DNA of 64,000 nucleotides from the human T2T-CHM13v2.0 reference genome, Homo sapiens. The notes under the pieces are model-generated. The model did not search any database. It saw only the letters and a program-made list of their open reading frames with translations, and was not told where the DNA came from. The stretch's first letter is position 1. Every line of letters begins with the position of its first letter. Shown piece after piece: positions 56,050 through 64,000 of this stretch. A program made the translations under genes and the position numbers. The stretch lies in assembly GCF_009914755.1 (NCBI RefSeq), contig NC_060934.1; one strand, given 5' to 3'.

Positions 56050-56083
<34 letters not shown>
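56050..56083. repeat. (GT)n microsatellite
   Basis: Direct inspection. Confidence 0.95.
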
Positions 56084-56084
<1 letters not shown>

Positions 56085-56479
56085 CTGTATGTGTTTCCTA
56101 TACTATATATGAGAGTAGGAGCAATAAGAGAGAAACCATATCATGTACAGCATGTAGACTAGGGTAATAAGTTTCAGTTTTCTTCTAATTACATTGTGTG
56201 TTCATCAAAGATTTTTTTAAATTGTGATAAAATACATATAATGTGAAATTTACCATCTTAATCATTTTAAGGGTACAGTTCGGTGGCATTAAGTACATTT
56301 ACATTGTTGTGTGACTGTTGCCACCATCCATCCACAAAACTCTTTCATCTTGCAGGACTAAAGCTTTATACCCATTAACCAATAACCCCTTCCTTTCCCC
56401 AACATTGGAGCAGTGACAAGACGTGTTTTACATTTTAAAAGCATGACTTCATTTAAAAAACGTGAAGACAATGTTGCTA

Positions 56480-56890
56480 GGCAAGAATAGAACCACCAAC
56501 AGGAAACCAGTTAGGAAATACGGCAGATGAGAGGTGACAGTGGATGAACTATGGTGTTGGCAGAAAAGGAGTTTGAAGTGGACTTTGGCAGTAAATCAGA
56601 CAGGATTAGATGATGGGCTGGAACAAGTATGGAGGAGGACTTGGGTTCTGTTTCGGACATGGTAAGTCTGAGTTGTGTCTTTGCCATCCAAGTGGAAGTG
56701 CCTAACAGTTGGGTAGACAAGTCAGAGTTCAGGAAAAACACCAGAATATATTGTGGAGTCCTGGGCAAATGAGTGGTATTTGAAGCAATGGGAACGGATG
56801 AGATAATCCAGGAAGATAATATAGATAAAGAACAAGCCCGGGAATAATCTCTGGGGCATTGTCATCGTTTAGAGGTCAGGTTGAGAAGAA
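56480..56890 (-). mobile_element. L2 fragment
   Basis: ggaaaccagttaggaaa...gttctgtttcggacatggtaagtctgag...atccaagtggaag. Confidence 0.6.
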
Positions 56891-57139
56891 GAGAACTTTA
56901 TGAGTGGCTTGTCCAATCTTACTTAGAGAACTTAGTGTTGTAGGAACTTGGATCTTGGCTCAGACAAACAGACAAAGCTACCAGTTGAAAATTCCATCAG
57001 GCTGGTCTTAGCCAGGTTATACTGGGTCTGGCCATGAGAGAGGGGTAATCTCATCTTCTAATTTATATTTACACCTAGGACATCTAAGATGGTGCTGGGA
57101 TGGGGGAGGCAAGACAGCGCCAAAGAGAAATTGTTCTCT

Positions 57140-57507
57140 ATTATTTTATTCTTTATAATTTCAACTTGTATTTTAGATTCAGGAGGTACATGTGCATGTT
57201 CGTTACACTGGTATGTTGCATGATGCTGTGGTCTGGGGTGTGACTGATCCTGCCACCCAGTTAGTGAGAATAGTACCCAAAAGGTAATTTTTCAACCCTT
57301 GACCCCTTTCCACCCTCCCCTCTGTAATGGTCCCCAGTGTCTATTCCCACCTTTATGTCCATGAGTACCCAACGTTTAGCTCCCACTTATAAGTGAGAAC
57401 ATACAGTATTTGGTTTTCTGTTCCTGAGTTAATTCGTTTAGGATAGTGGCCTCCAGCTACAGCCATGTTGCTGCGAAGGACATGATTTCATTCTTTTTTA
57501 TGACTGT
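57140..57507 (-). mobile_element. Old L1PA 3' end fragment
   Basis: ttttagattcaggaggtacatgtgc...tttagctcccacttataagtgagaacat; gagaaatt on both flanks. Confidence 0.85.
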
Positions 57508-57699
57508 GGAGAAATTAATAATTTGAAAGCATTCAACACTGCTTGTACGTAGAAAACATTATATAAATGGAATTAACATAATATATATTAACGAATCAAA
57601 GAGGAGGTAAATATTTCATTGTAGAAAACCTTTGAGCAGGTATCTTTTCTTGTCCCATAAATTAAGGATGCTAAACATACATTTAAATTTTCTATTTTT

Positions 57700-58004
<305 letters not shown>

Positions 58005-58630
58005 ACATTTAAATTTTCTGTGTCATAAGATATACTATTTTCTACATATTATATCTCAATAGCTATTTGATTGGTTGATCATGCAAGGTTTAAGAAGTGG
58101 TCCAAAAACAAGTTTGAAAAATTATGTCATTTTTATGTGTGTATGGTTTTTTTTGGTTCTAGTAAAAAAATGTAAATGTTTTTAAGTGATCTTTAAATAT
58201 TTAATAGTTTATCATCTCTAAATGTACTTTTTGAAATATAAATTTTACAACATGGGATATAATATAACTTGAAAGTCATGCTGTTCATTTATTCAGTTGG
58301 TCACTACAGCCTGACCTCTTGGGCAGGATTTTAATTAATGAATTATGAACATGTTGAATGTCATTTGACTTGCGATTTGATGCTTTTAATAGTTTGTGGT
58401 TTGCTAATTATTTGGAAATCTCTCACCCCTTTGTTCTAGAAGAAGCATTCTGGTTTCTGCGCGTGTTCCTCTTTGCCATATGCAAACATTTGGGAAATGG
58501 AAATAGGGAAGCAGCAGCTTCTTAGAAAAACTATAGATGAATGGAACAGGAACTGCAAAATTAGCAAAATGTAAGAGGAACTGTCGATCTTGTCCATGAT
58601 TGCTTTGGCTTATTTTTTCTCCTTTGCTAG

Positions 58631-58703
58631 GAGACCTGTTCTGATGATGTGTGTGGTCCTCACCACACTGCCCTGCCTCACCTTTTCCATAGCAGTGACT
58701 GAG
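58631..58703 (+). CDS. TMEM236: TMEM236 coding exon 2 (73 nt; not in the ORF track)
   Basis: Acceptor ttttttctcctttgctag|G; (W)[24 protein letters not shown]; donor GAG|GTATGG; phases match exons 1 and 3. Confidence 0.9.
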
Positions 58704-59919
58704 GTATGGAATTTTTGATTTCTTCTGCTACAAGATTATGAGATTTTATAATTTCTTGTTATTGGAATTTGATAGAGCAGCGTGCTCAACAAATTTCTTG
58801 ACATCTATGTAATCCAATCTTCTTCCAGGTTGCAATATATGTTATTTAAAGTACTGAGATCATTGTTACCTCTGTGATTGTGAAGGAAAGTCTAGTAGCC
58901 AATTTTTAAAAATTAATTTTGTGTTTGTGTGTGAGACAGTAATGATATTTGAACGTTTAAAAAGTGAAAAATGTGAAAGTTGATCTATATTTGTTTCTTC
59001 TACCAACCTGATGTTTTTCATGATTGTCCTCAATTGTAAATGAATACAACAAGATCTAAGGGAAGGACCACTTACATTTTAATACCTTTGATAAGATGTC
59101 CATTGATAATAATTTGCATGTGTTATTTATTTGAAAATAATACTGAGTTTATGTTTTGACTAAATATAGCTTCAAAAGATCTTGGATAGAAACCAGCAGG
59201 GCAGGAATATCTTAGGCAGAACTTTCAGGCTTGTAAGTACTTCATTATCCAAGAAGGTCAGAGAAGAATGCCCCACTAATCTTATTGATTTGCAAGGTGC
59301 TGTGGAAGATAACTTTTATTTTCCCAAAGCATACTTAATTTACTAAATTACTTAATTTACCTTGTGATATTTCACTTGTATGTGAAGCAAATATTCATTA
59401 AGTATATATTACAGGCCAGGCACTGTTAGGTACAGGGCATAGGGGACCCAGGAAATATGGCCGAGTCTCTCATATAATTTTCTGACATTAGAGAGAAAAA
59501 TAAACAGGCAATTAGAACAAGTATCACAAGTGTTGTGAGACAGGGCAGTACCGAGTAATGTATGACATTAGAAATTACATGGTTGTTAGAATGCATTGTA
59601 GGTGCTGCTAGAATACATCATAGATGCTAAATTAGGACAATGTATGAAGGCATAGAATAATTTTGGGAGGTTACTCACATGTGCTTTGCTTCCAGTGAAC
59701 TGCAACAGGGAATATTTCAATCTAGATCTGTCTTTTCCCCTCTCAAAGACCTTGTAAATCATTTGGAAGGTTCTCAAAAGCTGTAAAAATTTAGTTTACA
59801 ACCTTTTAAGAAACATCACTGCGGTAAACTGATGGCATATCTGGAGCTCGATAGCCCTTTTTGGCTCTTTTTTATGATGTCTCTTCCATTGTTACATCTT
59901 TTTCTTTCCTTTCCTTTTT

Positions 59920-62589
<2,670 letters not shown>

Positions 62590-62590
<1 letters not shown>

Positions 62591-62904
62591 GTTATTGTGG
62601 TTTGTTTTTGTTTCTGTTTTTTGTGGGGCAGGGTCTTGCTCTGTCACCCAAGCTAGAGTGCAGTGTCACAGTCACTAGTCACTGCAGCCTCGACCTCCTG
62701 GGCTCAAGTGATCCTCCCATCTCAGCCTCTCGAGTAGCTCGAACCAAAGATGTGTGCCACCACACCCAGCTAATTTTTAAATTTTTCATAGACTTGGGTT
62801 CTGGCCTTGTTGCTCAGGTTGGTCTCGAGCTCCAGGCTCAAGCAATCCTCCCACCTCAGCCCCGCAAAGTGCTGGGATTATAGGTGTGAGCCACCACACC
62901 TGGC
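62590..62904 (-). mobile_element. AluJ
   Basis: Dimeric Alu; ccatag(t/c)ttttt on both flanks. Confidence 0.85.
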
Positions 62905-63360
62905 CTTGCCATAGCTTTTTGTAAACATTTTAAGCAGACGAAGGAAGTGTCCCAAAGTCTAGCCAGAATTATCTGAGTTCTGTCTTCTTGGAAGACTCTA
63001 AATGTTCATATTTGTTCTTCTAGCTCTTTGAGGCTGGATTCTTAGAAGCTCTGCTCAGCAGTAGAGTTGGAAGGAGTTACCCCTTCAATATTACAGGGAG
63101 CCCACTACTGTTTTTTGCATGTATTTACCAAGGTCTGTCTTTAACTGAAAATATGCTTCCATTGATATGAGTCCTTATGACAGCTTTAGAAATGATTCAA
63201 AACCTTGTGGCATTTAAAACCTGATGAGTTAAAAACCAACCTTCTAGTTTTTTAGTAAATGTAATTATAATTAATTTAGTGCTGCATTCAGACTATTGAA
63301 AGCATTTTGAGCAAAGAAAGCACAATAATTTAATGCTTGTAAATGGTTTTCTCTAAACAG

Positions 63361-63502
63361 GTTCAAAAGAGCATTAATGGGTCCGCTGATGTCTTACCTG
63401 ATATGTTACCTGACCTGCCCGTATCTCTGGTTCTGTTATCCCTGATCATGGTTGATATTATTGAAAAACTCAGGATATATCCTCTTAGAGGGAGTCAAAA
63501 GA
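63361..63502 (+). CDS. TMEM236: TMEM236 coding exon 3
   Basis: Acceptor ttttctctaaacag|GTT; [47 protein letters not shown]; donor A|GTAAGT, phase 1; gene continues beyond the window. Confidence 0.9.
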
Positions 63503-63984
63503 GTAAGTGTTCTTTTAAATGTGAATATTTTTTAAAGTTTGATATATTTTTCACATTTCTGCCACTGTGTTATCTGACAACATGTTTAATGATACCTTTT
63601 CTTAGGGCTAACATTACTGATAGAAGATTGCAAATGAAGATATCTAAACATAATTATTTTTAAACCTACCTTGATAGCTAGATAGCTGCTTTTGTTTGCT
63701 ATTCGCATTTTAGTAGTACTGATAAATTAAAAATTATCAAATAGTTAATACCAAAAACCTTAATGTTTATTCCAGCAAGAAATTATCCAAGTAAATTATT
63801 ATAGATGTATATTTTTCTAGGAAGTCTCTTAAAGCTTATGTTTAAATGGATTAATAAAAAGCTTAGTTTGGAGACTTTTACTACAGGAATTAATATGACT
63901 GTGGTAGTTGTGTCCTAGATAATCATGTGTTTTTAATTGTGAATTATAAAAATGCCAAAGATCACACTAATAAAACCAAGATAT

Positions 63985-64000
63985 GGCTGGGTGCAGTGGC
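63985..64000 (+). mobile_element. Start of an Alu at the window edge
   Basis: ggctgggtgcagtggc. Confidence 0.65.

Overview
Primate (almost certainly human, STAM-TMEM236 locus) genomic DNA, repeat-rich and eukaryotic, so most of the supplied six-frame ORFs are repeat-derived noise. From left to right: (1) the last intron, last coding exon (1845-2082) and ~2 kb 3'UTR of STAM (+); (2) a full-length L1PA3/L1PA4-age LINE-1 with a twin-priming 5' inversion (5169-11338: ~5.1 kb antisense, ~1 kb sense, 16-bp TSD), dead for retrotransposition but keeping its whole 5'UTR, the ~129-bp ZNF93-site segment, a truncated ORF0 and an open 274-aa ORF2p C-terminal frame; (3) a ~28 kb intergenic stretch with an Alu-free AT-rich block, CTCF motifs, LTRs, MIR/L2/DNA-transposon relics and many Alus; (4) the promoter and coding exons 1-3 of TMEM236 (+), whose large intron 1 holds inverted Alu pairs, a THE1 LTR, an LTR-int-LTR MLT1 element, an old ~330-bp tandem duplication and a 44-bp templated inversion. 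The most unusual structure is the inverted L1. Its antisense promoter and ORF0 now face its own ORF2 C-terminal domain across a junction that looks like a splice acceptor, while its sense promoter fires toward the STAM 3' end. No prokaryote-type system (CRISPR, operon etc.) is present. Repeat subfamily names are from memory of consensus sequences and repeat boundaries are approximate.
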